Assembly (NCBI GenBank): GCA_047517285.1
Contig: JAKZTE010000010.1
Location: 10,852 to 74,851, forward strand
From: Nitrososphaerales archaeon
GTDB lineage: Archaea; Thermoproteota; Nitrososphaeria; Nitrososphaerales; UBA57
Length of the DNA: 64,000 nucleotides
Direction: 5' to 3'
Shown piece after piece: positions 45,655 to 55,818 of this stretch (positions within the stretch are counted from its first letter, which is position 1; the number at the start of each line of letters is the position of its first letter). Below the pieces are notes generated by a model, which had not been told where the DNA came from, did not search any database, and saw only the letters and a list, made by a program, of their open reading frames with translations. A program made the position numbers and the translations under genes.

Positions 45655-46058
45655 TGAGCGAAGATATTTACAAAGAAATTATTCTTGATCACTATAGGAA
45701 CCCTAGAAATAAAGGTAGAATTAGCGGTGCTGAAATCTCCGCTCAGGATAATAACCCTGTTTGCGGCGATAGACTTTCTATTGATATTAAACTTGAAGAT
45801 AACGTTGTTTCAGACATAAAATTTGACGGTGAAGGATGTGCAATCAGTCAGTCTTCTGCGTCTATACTTACTGAGATGCTTATGGGTAAAACTGTCGACG
45901 AATTGTCTAAATTTACCAAAGATGAATTATTGGAAGAACTGGGAACTCCTTCATTAGGGCCTGCTCGAATAAAATGCGCTCTTCTTTCTCTTAAAGTCCT
46001 TAAAATTGGCACGTATCAATATCTTGGTGCCGAATTACCTTCTGATTCCGACAATTAA
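45654..46058 (+). CDS. sufU: SufU/IscU-type Fe-S scaffold or sulfurtransferase (NifU N-terminal family)
   Basis: 134 aa. HYRNPRNKG, NPVCGD, GEGCAIS, ARIKCALL. Confidence 0.85.
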   Translation: MSEDIYKEIILDHYRNPRNKGRISGAEISAQDNNPVCGDRLSIDIKLEDNVVSDIKFDGEGCAISQSSASILTEMLMGKTVDELSKFTKDELLEELGTPSLGPARIKCALLSLKVLKIGTYQYLGAELPSDSDN

Positions 46059-47323
46059 ATAATAATTTTGTCTCCTAATTCTGGAGCTATTGCGTCGTAA
46101 CCATAATCTTTTTGCACTTTTTGCACAAAACTCGTTGCTTGTTCTTCTTCTCCGTGTACTGCCACTATTGTGGGATTTCCCTTTATTCCATCAATCATTT
46201 CGAATAATTGTTTACTTCCACTGTGTGATGAAAAATTAAAATGTTCAAACCTACCTTTTATCTTCTTTAATTTTCCGTCTACTTTAACCATCTTCTTTTC
46301 TAATAATGTTCTTCCTGGAGTTCCTTCTGCTTGATAAGAAACTAAAGAAATAGCATTCTTCTTATTCATTGCAATACTTCCTTTATAAAAAGATGATAAT
46401 CCTCCAACCATCATTCCTGCTGGAACTATTATCACTCCCGGCGTATTCATTAATTCTTTTCTTTGTTTCCAATTCCTTGCTTCAGTCAATCCATTAATCA
46501 TTCGTTTAAATAATTCTGAATCTCCTAAAAATTCTAAATTTTCTAATAAAATACGATTTGTTTTTAATGCCATCCCGTCCATTGTTACTGGCAATGAATA
46601 ATTATGAGATTTTAGAACACATGCAACCTCTTGTGATCTACCTACCGCAAATGCTGGCACTAATAGGGTTCCTCCTCCTTCTGTCACATCTTTGGCAAAG
46701 CTTACGAATTCTTTTTCTACATCTTCTCTATCTGGATGATCATTGACCCCGTATGTCGATTCTGTGATAAGTAGGTCTACTTCTCCATATTTCGTATCTG
46801 CTCCTTTCACCAAATTTTGATCAGATGAATTTATATCTCCTGTATAAACTACTCTTTTTCCTTCACCTTCGATAATTACGCTCACACTTCCTGGCATGTG
46901 ACCTGCATTGATAAAATTTACCTTTATATCTCCTATATTGAATTCTGAATTCATATCTATGTTAACCATACTTTCCTTCATTTTCTCTAATTCTTGATGC
47001 TGATATGGAAGATATTGTTTTGTAACATCATTTGATAGATTAATAAAATCGTCTATTAGTAGGTCGCATATCTGAGATGTTGGCTTCGTACAATAAGTCT
47101 TAATATTGTTTGATAGATAAAACGAAGGAACTCCTCCACTATGATCTAAATGCGCATGACTTAGTATGATTGCATCAATCTCCTTCGGATTAACGTGCAA
47201 TGGCCATGTCATAGGCCGTCGTATTTGCACTCCATAGTCCAAAATTATCTTTTTATTCTCAATTTCTAATAAAAAAGCCGATCTACCAACTTCTCTAGAT
47301 GCACCTAATGTAGTCAGTTTCAT
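46055..47323 (-). CDS. Metallo-beta-lactamase / beta-CASP ribonuclease (aCPSF2-like, no KH domains)
   Basis: 422 aa. HAHLDHSG motif, then beta-CASP motifs and C-terminal ..VHGE. Confidence 0.7.
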   Translation of the reverse strand: MKLTTLGASREVGRSAFLLEIENKKIILDYGVQIRRPMTWPLHVNPKEIDAIILSHAHLDHSGGVPSFYLSNNIKTYCTKPTSQICDLLIDDFINLSNDVTKQYLPYQHQELEKMKESMVNIDMNSEFNIGDIKVNFINAGHMPGSVSVIIEGEGKRVVYTGDINSSDQNLVKGADTKYGEVDLLITESTYGVNDHPDREDVEKEFVSFAKDVTEGGGTLLVPAFAVGRSQEVACVLKSHNYSLPVTMDGMALKTNRILLENLEFLGDSELFKRMINGLTEARNWKQRKELMNTPGVIIVPAGMMVGGLSSFYKGSIAMNKKNAISLVSYQAEGTPGRTLLEKKMVKVDGKLKKIKGRFEHFNFSSHSGSKQLFEMIDGIKGNPTIVAVHGEEEQATSFVQKVQKDYGYDAIAPELGDKIII

Positions 47324-47365
47324 TAATAATCAGTAAGATTTTTAGTCATCTGGAATATATAATCA

Positions 47366-48073
47366 TTGATGATTTCTGCTAAGTTATTCCCAGAAGATTT
47401 AGACGTACAAGGAATGTCCCTTATTACTGGTTTCCATGGAATTGGTTCTACCGGATTTCTTGCTCTTAACCATTTAATTAATACTCTTAAACCTGAAAGA
47501 ATTGGTGTTTTTGAAACTGACTACCTATCTCCTATTTCATCAATTAATTCAGGAAAAATTGTTACTCCTTTCGAGATATATAAAAAAGACAATCTTGCAT
47601 TCCTTCGTATTGCTGTTCCTCCACTACAAGGCAACGAACTTGTTTTTCTACGTAAAGTCTGTGAGATTATTCTTGAAAAGAACTTTAAAGAATTAATTCT
47701 ATTAGGCGGACTTGATGCACAACTTAAAAAAGACGATTCAAATTTTAGATATGTTAAGACTTCTTCATATGAATTACCTACATCTCTAGTTGATTCTACT
47801 CCTCTTGAAGATGAACGAATTATAATTGGCCCTGTGGCCCAAATGTTGAATTTTATGGAAGTTCGTGACTTTCCTACACTTGGATTATTGCCTTTTGCAA
47901 CTTCAATTCGTTTAGATCCTCGTGCCGCTTCTGAAGCAATTAATATACTTTCTAAGATGTTTGATATCACTATTGAAGTAGATTCACTTCTTGAACAAGC
48001 AGTTGAATTAGAGAACGACCAGCCTGATCTAATTGAGAATATAAAATCAAACCCGTCGAATATCTATTCTTGA
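47366..48073 (+). CDS. PAC2-family protein, probable proteasome assembly chaperone (PbaA/B-like)
   Basis: 235 aa. GFHGIGSTGFLALNHL.. core, ..DPRAASEAINILSKMF.., and a C-terminus ..NIYS that fits the HbYX proteasome-docking motif. Confidence 0.5.
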   Translation: MMISAKLFPEDLDVQGMSLITGFHGIGSTGFLALNHLINTLKPERIGVFETDYLSPISSINSGKIVTPFEIYKKDNLAFLRIAVPPLQGNELVFLRKVCEIILEKNFKELILLGGLDAQLKKDDSNFRYVKTSSYELPTSLVDSTPLEDERIIIGPVAQMLNFMEVRDFPTLGLLPFATSIRLDPRAASEAINILSKMFDITIEVDSLLEQAVELENDQPDLIENIKSNPSNIYS

Positions 48074-49632
48074 TTATTTAATATCTCTTCTAACTCTGAA
48101 TATACGAGACTTGACTCGCAATCTATCACTTTCTCTGGTTTTAATTCCCTCACAATAAAGTCAATTACTCCTTGATCCAGTCTTTTATCTTTCATAAATA
48201 TAATCGATTCTGGGTTCAATACATTGAATTGATTTCTTATTGTAGAAACTAATTCATCTCTTACAAGTGTGTCCTTTCTAATTTCCATTGAACTTTCTAT
48301 ATGCGAAATTGGATAAATATCGGTAATTTGATATGGCACAAATCCTATTGGCGAAATTATATAGCCTATTATGTAGTCTGCTTGATTATTCTCTAACAAT
48401 TTCTTTAATTTATTATTATAAAGTAATGGTTTATTTTTCGTCACAGGAATAATAATTATTTTCTGCCTCTCAAATTTCTTGAAAAATTCTATGATTCTAT
48501 TCTGATAATTTCTTAATTCTGGCCTTCTATTGTCTGGAAATGATGAAAGAAACATCCCTTTCGATTTGAACCTCTTCTGAAAAGTCGTTATCTCGTCTAT
48601 ATTATTTGAGATATATACAAATGCATCCCACATTTTTGGGTGTGATCTTGAACGCATACCTACATATTCCCATAATCTTCCTTCTCTAATTGCCTGTCTA
48701 GTGGATACTATCTCTTTCCACAATAACCATAAATTATGCGTACCAATTGCTTTGATTCTTTCAAGATGTTCCAATTGCCTCATTTCTCTTACTGAATATT
48801 TATTACATGTTTCACAAATACATGGAAGATATTCTAATTCATCTATATTCCGTGTTCCGTTTTCTGTCATGTATCTTCCATGTTTTGCATATAGTATGTA
48901 TGATGCAGAATCAAATGTATCACATCCTAAAGCTACTGCCATGGAAAGTGGAAGTGGATGGCCCAACCCAAACAAATGAAGTGCTTTATCTACTGGAATA
49001 TTTTTCTTTGCTGTTATGATCATCTTTGCCAATAATGTGTAATCATAATTCTCCATAATCTCTGTTGGACTTCCTAATGCATACATATCGAAATTCATCT
49101 TTGACAATTGTTTGGCAGAAAATTCAACTAAATCTAAAAATTTACCTCCTTGGATTGGACCCATCCATATTGATTTATGTTCTATATTTTTAAGAGTAAT
49201 TTCACACGATTGCAATGTTTTGGACACGCTGTCTCTGGCTGTTTCCCAATTATCTGCTAAACTTGTTGGTTTATCTAATACATTGCAGAAATCTGAATCA
49301 ATACCTTCCTGAAATCTTGCTATTTCTATCTCTCCTACGTCTACTTTTCCATATTCTAATACTTGATATCCTCCTGAATCTGTCATAATTGGTCCTTCAA
49401 ACTCAACAATCTTGTGAATGTTCTTCTTTATTGCTTCTTCACCATATTTCTGCCACGTAATATACGAATTTGTCATTACAGCTTCAAATCCCATTCTTTT
49501 GATTAAACTCGTTTCAATTACCTGATTTGCTGGGTGCAATACTGGCAATAACGCAGGAGTCTGCAAGTTCCCATTCTTTGTATGTAGTTTACCTATTCTG
49601 GCAGCTAGATCAGTTGATTTAATTTCAAACAT
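48064..49632 (-). CDS. tgtA: Archaeosine tRNA-guanine transglycosylase (arcTGT), short form lacking an obvious PUA domain
   Basis: 522 aa. FEIKSTDLAARIGKL..TPALLPV, TNSYI, DSGGYQ, zinc site CICETC..H. Close by eye to the Pyrococcus ArcTGT catalytic domain. Confidence 0.85.
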   Translation of the reverse strand: MFEIKSTDLAARIGKLHTKNGNLQTPALLPVLHPANQVIETSLIKRMGFEAVMTNSYITWQKYGEEAIKKNIHKIVEFEGPIMTDSGGYQVLEYGKVDVGEIEIARFQEGIDSDFCNVLDKPTSLADNWETARDSVSKTLQSCEITLKNIEHKSIWMGPIQGGKFLDLVEFSAKQLSKMNFDMYALGSPTEIMENYDYTLLAKMIITAKKNIPVDKALHLFGLGHPLPLSMAVALGCDTFDSASYILYAKHGRYMTENGTRNIDELEYLPCICETCNKYSVREMRQLEHLERIKAIGTHNLWLLWKEIVSTRQAIREGRLWEYVGMRSRSHPKMWDAFVYISNNIDEITTFQKRFKSKGMFLSSFPDNRRPELRNYQNRIIEFFKKFERQKIIIIPVTKNKPLLYNNKLKKLLENNQADYIIGYIISPIGFVPYQITDIYPISHIESSMEIRKDTLVRDELVSTIRNQFNVLNPESIIFMKDKRLDQGVIDFIVRELKPEKVIDCESSLVYSELEEILNNQE

Positions 49633-49715
49633 TCCTAATTTCTTTCTATTGATGTCTTATTTTTACTTTTAATATCCAATAAAATATTTAATTATTATCT
49701 GTTTGGTTCTTAATT

Positions 49716-50012
49716 ATGAGCAATAATCAAAATCGAGACATCCCTGACGAAACTGAATACAACATGCTTGTATCTAAGGCAAAAGGTCCCGAAGAGGTAA
49801 TTTTTGAATTAGAAGACGGTTCCATAATTAAAATTCGTGTTAATATTGATAGGGCTGGAGTATCTACAGATGGCTCTAAACATTATAATGTACAAGCTTC
49901 AATGTCAGTAAATGTTATTCCTCCTGATCGAAAATATAAATTAACTAAACCTGGCGTAAAATCTGACAAGTCTGTCTCTGATAAATCTGTCATGTCAAAA
50001 CCATACAAGTAG
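49716..50012 (+). CDS. Hypothetical protein
   Basis: 98-aa ORF with no recognisable family. The C-terminus carries a short DKSV repeat. Confidence 0.4.
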   Translation: MSNNQNRDIPDETEYNMLVSKAKGPEEVIFELEDGSIIKIRVNIDRAGVSTDGSKHYNVQASMSVNVIPPDRKYKLTKPGVKSDKSVSDKSVMSKPYK

Positions 50013-50029
50013 TATTGCTTAATTCATAA

Positions 50030-51433
50030 TTATTCTTGATTACGTTTTATTCTAGTTCCTTTTTCAGTATCTTCTACAACATATCCTCTTTTTAATAATT
50101 CATCTCTGATCTTATCTGATTTATTCCAGTCTTTCTTTTCTCTTGCTCCGTCTCTTTCTCTTATCAGCTGTTTTATCTCATCATCTAATTTTATTGTTTC
50201 ATTAGACAATATTCCTAATATGCTATTTATTTTCTTAAAATAATCTAAAATCTCCGATTTATTCTCTTCTAACACTTCATTATCGTCTAAATATTTGTTT
50301 AGATCCCTTACAAATCTGAATACTGATGCTAAAGCAACAGGCATATCCAAATCATCATCCATGGCATCTTCAAAGGAATCTATAGATTCTTTAGTGATTT
50401 TTGATAAAATATCATTACATCCTGTTTCTGTTCCAAGTGATTTGACTTTCGAGTACGACTCTTGTATTCTGTCAATATTTTCTTTTGCTTGTTTTATTCC
50501 ATCAAAAGTAAAATTCAGTTGTGACCTGTAATGTGAAGCAATTAACAAGAATCGAATATGATTTGCATCATGTCCTTTCTCTAATAAATCTCTTAACGTA
50601 AAGAAATTACCTTCTGACTTTGACATCTTTTTACCTTCAACTATCAGGTGTTCTGCATGAATCCAATACCCCACAAATTGTTTCTTTGTAACTGCCTCTG
50701 TCTGCGCTATCTCATTCTCATGATGCGGAAATATTAAATCCACTCCACCTGCATGAATATCAATTTCATTACCGAGTATCTTTGTTGACATTACTGAACA
50801 TTCAATGTGCCATCCTGGCCTTCCTTTTCCTAATTTTCCTTCCCAATACACATCTCCATCATCATTATCCCATGATTTCCACAATGCAAAGTCTTGCGCA
50901 TTGTCTTTTGTATATTCATCTTCATTCAATCTAGTTTTGTTCCTTGATTCGTTAATTTCTAATCCTGATAATCTTCCATAATCTGTAAATTTATTAATCG
51001 AAAAATAATACGATCCTTCACTTTCATAACAATAGCCTTCATTTTGTAATTTTATTATGTGATTTTCTATGTCTTGAATATATTCTGTTGCTCGAGGATA
51101 TAGCGACGCTTCTCTTATATTCAAACTCTTCAAATCCCTGAAGAATTCATCTGTGAACTTTTCTGTATAGTCTTTTAATGTTGTGTTGTATTTTCTTGAC
51201 GAACTTATGGTTTTATCGTCTACATCAGTTATGTTCATAATAAATTTTATTTCATATCCTTTGTATTCCAAATATCTTGTTAATATATCTTCAAATAGAA
51301 ATGTTCTGAGATTTCCAATATGTGCATAATCGTATACTGTTGGCCCACAACAATATACTGTTACTATATTGCCATTTTTTGGCCTAAATACCTCTTTAGT
51401 CTTTCCTAACGAATTAAATAATCTTAATTCCAT
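50030..51433 (-). CDS. cysS: Cysteinyl-tRNA synthetase
   Basis: Class I motifs HIGNLRTF and KMSKS. The ORF is open to TTG 51469; I prefer ATG 51433 (MELRLFNSLGK..). Confidence 0.93.
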   Translation of the reverse strand: MELRLFNSLGKTKEVFRPKNGNIVTVYCCGPTVYDYAHIGNLRTFLFEDILTRYLEYKGYEIKFIMNITDVDDKTISSSRKYNTTLKDYTEKFTDEFFRDLKSLNIREASLYPRATEYIQDIENHIIKLQNEGYCYESEGSYYFSINKFTDYGRLSGLEINESRNKTRLNEDEYTKDNAQDFALWKSWDNDDGDVYWEGKLGKGRPGWHIECSVMSTKILGNEIDIHAGGVDLIFPHHENEIAQTEAVTKKQFVGYWIHAEHLIVEGKKMSKSEGNFFTLRDLLEKGHDANHIRFLLIASHYRSQLNFTFDGIKQAKENIDRIQESYSKVKSLGTETGCNDILSKITKESIDSFEDAMDDDLDMPVALASVFRFVRDLNKYLDDNEVLEENKSEILDYFKKINSILGILSNETIKLDDEIKQLIRERDGAREKKDWNKSDKIRDELLKRGYVVEDTEKGTRIKRNQE

Positions 51434-51589
51434 TATCTGTGTATCTGCAAAAGTGATATTTATATACAAATCACCCTCATCATAATTTGAGTGTAATATG
51501 AAACAATGTACAAGTTACCGTTACTGGTTTTTCTCATATTCCTAGTTCGCACTCTAATCTAATTGTCTATTTTTGGTGTGTCATGTGTG

Positions 51590-52351
51590 ATGAATAATCT
51601 TAATCGTAATGGAAAAATCCTTGCAGTTACCCTAGACCACGGTCTGACCATTGGACCTGTACCTGGTTTAATAAATATGAATGAAACAGTTGATGCAATT
51701 CAGAAAGGAGGGGCTTCTGCAGTAGTTGCTCATAAAGGCATCTTCAAAATTCTTGATTCACCACTTAATATCGGTAAAATAGTTCATTTATCTGCAAGTA
51801 CTAGTCTTTCTGTTTTTCCTGACGATAAAGTAATTGTAGGAAGCCCAGAATTATCACAAGAAAATGGCGCTGATGCAATTTCTATTCATGTTAATATCGG
51901 TTCTAGTCACGATCGCAATATGCTTGAAGATCTAGGATTGATTGCCGACGCATGTACCGAATTAAATCTGCCACTTCTTGCTATGATGTATCCTAGAGGT
52001 GAAAATATTCCAAATCCGTTTGACTCAAAAGTTGTCGCACATGTTGCACGTATTGGCGCGGAATTGGGTGCAGATATTGTTAAAACTCTATACACTGGCG
52101 ATTCAGATAGTTTTCGCTCTGTGGTTGACGGATGCCCAGTTCCTGTTGTAATTGCCGGCGGCCCACAAGTTAGTACTGATAAAGAATTACTCGATATGGT
52201 AAAAGGAGCAATCGACGCTGGCGCCGCAGGAATCTCTATGGGTAGAAATATCTTTCAACATTCTAACCCTGAAAAGATTACTAAAGCTATTTCTAATATC
52301 ATTTTTGATAATGGTTCTGTAGAATCTGCTATGGAGGTTTTGTCGAATTGA
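51590..52351 (+). CDS. aroA': 2-amino-3,7-dideoxy-D-threo-hept-6-ulosonate (ADH) synthase, class I aldolase family
   Basis: Strong by-eye similarity to Methanocaldococcus ADH synthase (..DHG...GP..G, ISIHVNIGS, LLAMMYPRG, AHVARIGAELGADIVKT.YTGD.DSFR.VV.GCPVPVVIAGGP, GRNIFQH). The ORF is open from TTG 51563. Confidence 0.82.
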   Translation: MNNLNRNGKILAVTLDHGLTIGPVPGLINMNETVDAIQKGGASAVVAHKGIFKILDSPLNIGKIVHLSASTSLSVFPDDKVIVGSPELSQENGADAISIHVNIGSSHDRNMLEDLGLIADACTELNLPLLAMMYPRGENIPNPFDSKVVAHVARIGAELGADIVKTLYTGDSDSFRSVVDGCPVPVVIAGGPQVSTDKELLDMVKGAIDAGAAGISMGRNIFQHSNPEKITKAISNIIFDNGSVESAMEVLSN

Positions 52352-53424
52352 CCAAAAAACCACGTACTATAATCGTAGAACCTATAATTCCTAAAGCAGA
52401 ATTGGATGATTTCAGTCAGTTGCTCTTTGAATCTGGAATAAAAAGCCTATTCTTGCCTGACCTGGACAATTCTGATGATTTCTCTAAATTTGAAACCTAT
52501 TCGTTCTCTGAACATGCCGATGTTAAGGTTGTCGACTCTAAAACATTGAGCGAATCTGAACCTGATAAGAGGTTTTCTTATTTCGCTACTCTGAACGACA
52601 ATTCTAATCTTGATGAAATCGTTAATGCTGCCAAAAATAATGCAGAATCTGTAATCATTGAATTTGAAGAAAATACCGAATGGAAGATTATTCCACTGGA
52701 GAATCTCATTGCTGAATTACACGGCTTGAAAACTAAGATCTTTACTGTAATAAACGATCCGTCAGAAATTAAGATGATGTTTACTATCTTGGAACTTGGA
52801 GTTGACGGCGTCTTACTACGCACTTCAAACCTAGAAGATGTAAATAAGTTGAATTCTGAACTGAACGAACTTTCTAAAATTGATTTATCTGTTGCTGAAA
52901 TTATTGAAATTAAGGAAGTTGGTATGGGAGAACGCGCATGCGTTGATACAGCTTCCATGTTGAGTCAGGGAGAAGGATTGTTGGTTGGCAATCAAGCAAA
53001 TTTTATGTTCCTCATGCATAATGAATCAGCAGGTTCAGGGTTTACTTCTCCTAGACCATTTCGTGTAAATGCAGGTGCTGTGCAGTGCTATACATTATTG
53101 CCTGACAATCGTACTAAATATCTATCTGAACTAGAAAGCGGCACTGAAGTAATGATTGTTTCACATGAAGGTTCTGTACGTACTTCTATTGTAGGACGAT
53201 TGAAAATTGAAAGTAGGCCTTTATTTCTTGTACGGGCTAAATCTGAAGATAAAATCGGCGGTGTTTTGATACAAAATGCAGAAACTATTGCCTTTGTTAA
53301 AGATAATGGCAAGCCTATCTCCACAACTTCACTTAAAGTTGGCGACAAAATTCTTGTTAAGACTGAACCAAATAAGGGAAGACATTTCGGTATGGAGGTA
53401 GACGAATACATCCTTGAAAAATAG
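52348..53424 (+). CDS. aroB': 3-dehydroquinate synthase type II (archaeal)
   Basis: 358 aa. The length, the overlap with the ADH synthase gene, and the position ahead of aroD fit archaeal DHQS-II. The direct motif evidence is moderate. Confidence 0.75.
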   Translation: MTKKPRTIIVEPIIPKAELDDFSQLLFESGIKSLFLPDLDNSDDFSKFETYSFSEHADVKVVDSKTLSESEPDKRFSYFATLNDNSNLDEIVNAAKNNAESVIIEFEENTEWKIIPLENLIAELHGLKTKIFTVINDPSEIKMMFTILELGVDGVLLRTSNLEDVNKLNSELNELSKIDLSVAEIIEIKEVGMGERACVDTASMLSQGEGLLVGNQANFMFLMHNESAGSGFTSPRPFRVNAGAVQCYTLLPDNRTKYLSELESGTEVMIVSHEGSVRTSIVGRLKIESRPLFLVRAKSEDKIGGVLIQNAETIAFVKDNGKPISTTSLKVGDKILVKTEPNKGRHFGMEVDEYILEK

Positions 53425-54112
53425 ATTTCAAGATCCTAAATTCTGCGTTTCAATAACTGCTCCTAATACTTCTAAATTAATGTCCGACGTTAATTCCGCA
53501 TTTAAATCTGGCGCACATCTTGCTGAACTCCGTTTGGATTCATTGAATTCATTTTCCATAGATAAAATTCAAGCATTATCCGACGTCCATAAGAACAAAC
53601 TTATTCTCACTTTTAGAGGCAAACATCAAGGCGGGCTTTCTAGTATCTCTGAACCCGATCGGCTTCAAATCTTGATAGAATTACTCGACATAAAGAACTC
53701 AATAAAAGACATTGAATCTGATACCTTCAATAAAAATTATTCCTTATTCAAGAATGAAAAAAATCTAATCATTTCTTGGCATAATTTCAAATCTACTCCT
53801 TCTACAAATTCTTTAGAACGCCTAATAAAAAATATTTCTAGCAAACTTACTCATCCAAAGCAAATCATAAAAATTGTAACATATGCAAATTCTTTGAACG
53901 ATTGCAATAAAGTCTTTAATTTATATTCTAGGTTTGAAAAATCCAAGTTCCAATTATTGGCATTTTGTATGGGTGAAACTGGTTCAATAACAAGAATTCT
54001 ATCTCCGGTGCTTGGCGCTCCTTTCATATACTGTTTCTCAGGCAATAAAGCAGTGGCTCCTGGCCAAATTAAGCTGGATACACTGGCGGAAATATATTCA
54101 AACTTTGTATAA
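53414..54112 (+). CDS. aroD: 3-dehydroquinate dehydratase, type I
   Basis: 232 aa with a TTG start. ..AELRLDSL.., ..ILTFRGK..GG.., ..IISWHNF. Operon context also supports the call. Confidence 0.75.
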   Translation: MKNRFQDPKFCVSITAPNTSKLMSDVNSAFKSGAHLAELRLDSLNSFSIDKIQALSDVHKNKLILTFRGKHQGGLSSISEPDRLQILIELLDIKNSIKDIESDTFNKNYSLFKNEKNLIISWHNFKSTPSTNSLERLIKNISSKLTHPKQIIKIVTYANSLNDCNKVFNLYSRFEKSKFQLLAFCMGETGSITRILSPVLGAPFIYCFSGNKAVAPGQIKLDTLAEIYSNFV

Positions 54113-54118
54113 TAGTTT

Positions 54119-54964
54119 GTGATTATTATGGAAAATAATTCTGATCAAATACTATATTGTTTATTGGGTAATGAAATAAAAAATTCCTTGTCCCCTACCA
54201 TTCATAATAACTTATTAAAATCCAACAACTTGAATGGCCTATACATGACAATCAATGTTGATTCTGCTAATCTGAAAGGTGTCATTGATACACTTTGTAA
54301 ATTGAATTTTCGTGGATTTAATGTAACAATTCCCCATAAAACTAATATCCTGAAACACCTTGATTCTCTTGATCCTCTTGCTCAAGAAGTAAACGCAGTT
54401 AACACAATCCTACACGATAACAAAAAATTAATTGGATATAATACGGATGTAGAAGGATTCATGACTCCTCTTCACGGCAAGATTAAGAACTTTGATAATA
54501 AAAAAGCAGTTATTCTTGGAGCCGGCGGAGCTTCTAAAGCTGTATTACATGGTCTTATACGAGCAAATTGTAAAGAAATTATAATTCTTAATCGCAGTCT
54601 TGAAAATGCTAAAGCAAATATCTCAAGACTCAATTCTGATATTTCTATATCCTGTGATAAATTAACTCAACAGAACATTGATTCTTTATCTGATATCGAT
54701 ATTCTAGTCAATACTGTCCCTTTGAATAAAACTAATACAAGTTTCATGTTCAATGAGAAATTAAATATAAAAATTGCATATGACTTAGAATATGTTCCAA
54801 AAGAAACAAATTTCATAAAACAGATGAAAAGCATTCATGCCGATGTTATTTATGGATATGAAATGTTAATCGCCCAAGCAAAGTTGTCATTCAATATTTG
54901 GACTGGAATATCTTCGAACACTGATTCTCTTAATGCTAAAATATTGAATTTATTGGGTGAATGA
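54119..54964 (+). CDS. aroE: Shikimate dehydrogenase
   Basis: 281 aa. ..SLSPTIHN.., GFNVTIPHK, NTD..GF, GAGGASKA. Confidence 0.85.
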   Translation: MIIMENNSDQILYCLLGNEIKNSLSPTIHNNLLKSNNLNGLYMTINVDSANLKGVIDTLCKLNFRGFNVTIPHKTNILKHLDSLDPLAQEVNAVNTILHDNKKLIGYNTDVEGFMTPLHGKIKNFDNKKAVILGAGGASKAVLHGLIRANCKEIIILNRSLENAKANISRLNSDISISCDKLTQQNIDSLSDIDILVNTVPLNKTNTSFMFNEKLNIKIAYDLEYVPKETNFIKQMKSIHADVIYGYEMLIAQAKLSFNIWTGISSNTDSLNAKILNLLGE

Positions 54965-55814
54965 TATGAAAACTTTGTCAATTGTTCATGGTGCAATATC
55001 AATAGTAAATGCTATAGCTACGGGTCAAGGTTCTGCATTGGGTATATCGTTGGAGACATGCGCAGAGGTTACACTCACTTCTGATAATCTTGTCGAAGTA
55101 ATTATTAATAATGATAAATCTGAAAATACTGGATTAGCTCAAGAATGTTTTAAATTAGTCAAAATGAAAACTTCTGAATCATGCGGCGCCAAGATTACTG
55201 TTAATTCTGACATACCAATCGGACGAGGTCTAAAAAGTTCAAGCGCAGCTGCCACTGCAATTATTTTATCTTGTTTAAAGGCCTTTGAAATTACAATGAC
55301 TGAAAAAGAAATCCTTGATTTATCTGTTCAAGCCTCGAAAAATTCCGGCGTAACAATTACTGGAGCTCTTGATGATACAGCTGCATGTTTTCTAGGTGGT
55401 CTTGTAGTTACTAATAACTTATCTAATGAGTTATTATCGCGCGTTATCGTCGATGACGATTATTCAATATTGATTCATGTTCCCGATCATAAATCCTATA
55501 CAAAAGACGTAGATTATTCTGGCTCTGACGAATTCATTCACTCTCTTGACACACTAATCTCTATGACTTTAGAAGGAAATTACCTTAGTGCTATGTCTCT
55601 TAATGGCATGATATATTCTAGAATCTTAAAACAATCAAACGAATCTGCAATTCTTGCACTAAAAAACAACGCTCTAGCTGCTGGTCTATCTGGCACTGGT
55701 CCTTCCGTCGGTGTGATTTGTCTATCTGAAAACAAGTCATCTATACTTGATTCATGGAAAAATCTCGACGGTGATATTATAAATGCTAAAATTAATAATG
55801 GAAAAGGACTGTGA
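54957..55814 (+). CDS. aroK: Shikimate kinase, archaeal GHMP-kinase type
   Basis: 285 aa. GHMP motif PIGRGLKSSSAAATA, with the position between aroE and aroA. Confidence 0.8.
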   Translation: MNDMKTLSIVHGAISIVNAIATGQGSALGISLETCAEVTLTSDNLVEVIINNDKSENTGLAQECFKLVKMKTSESCGAKITVNSDIPIGRGLKSSSAAATAIILSCLKAFEITMTEKEILDLSVQASKNSGVTITGALDDTAACFLGGLVVTNNLSNELLSRVIVDDDYSILIHVPDHKSYTKDVDYSGSDEFIHSLDTLISMTLEGNYLSAMSLNGMIYSRILKQSNESAILALKNNALAAGLSGTGPSVGVICLSENKSSILDSWKNLDGDIINAKINNGKGL

Positions 55815-55818
55815 TTTA

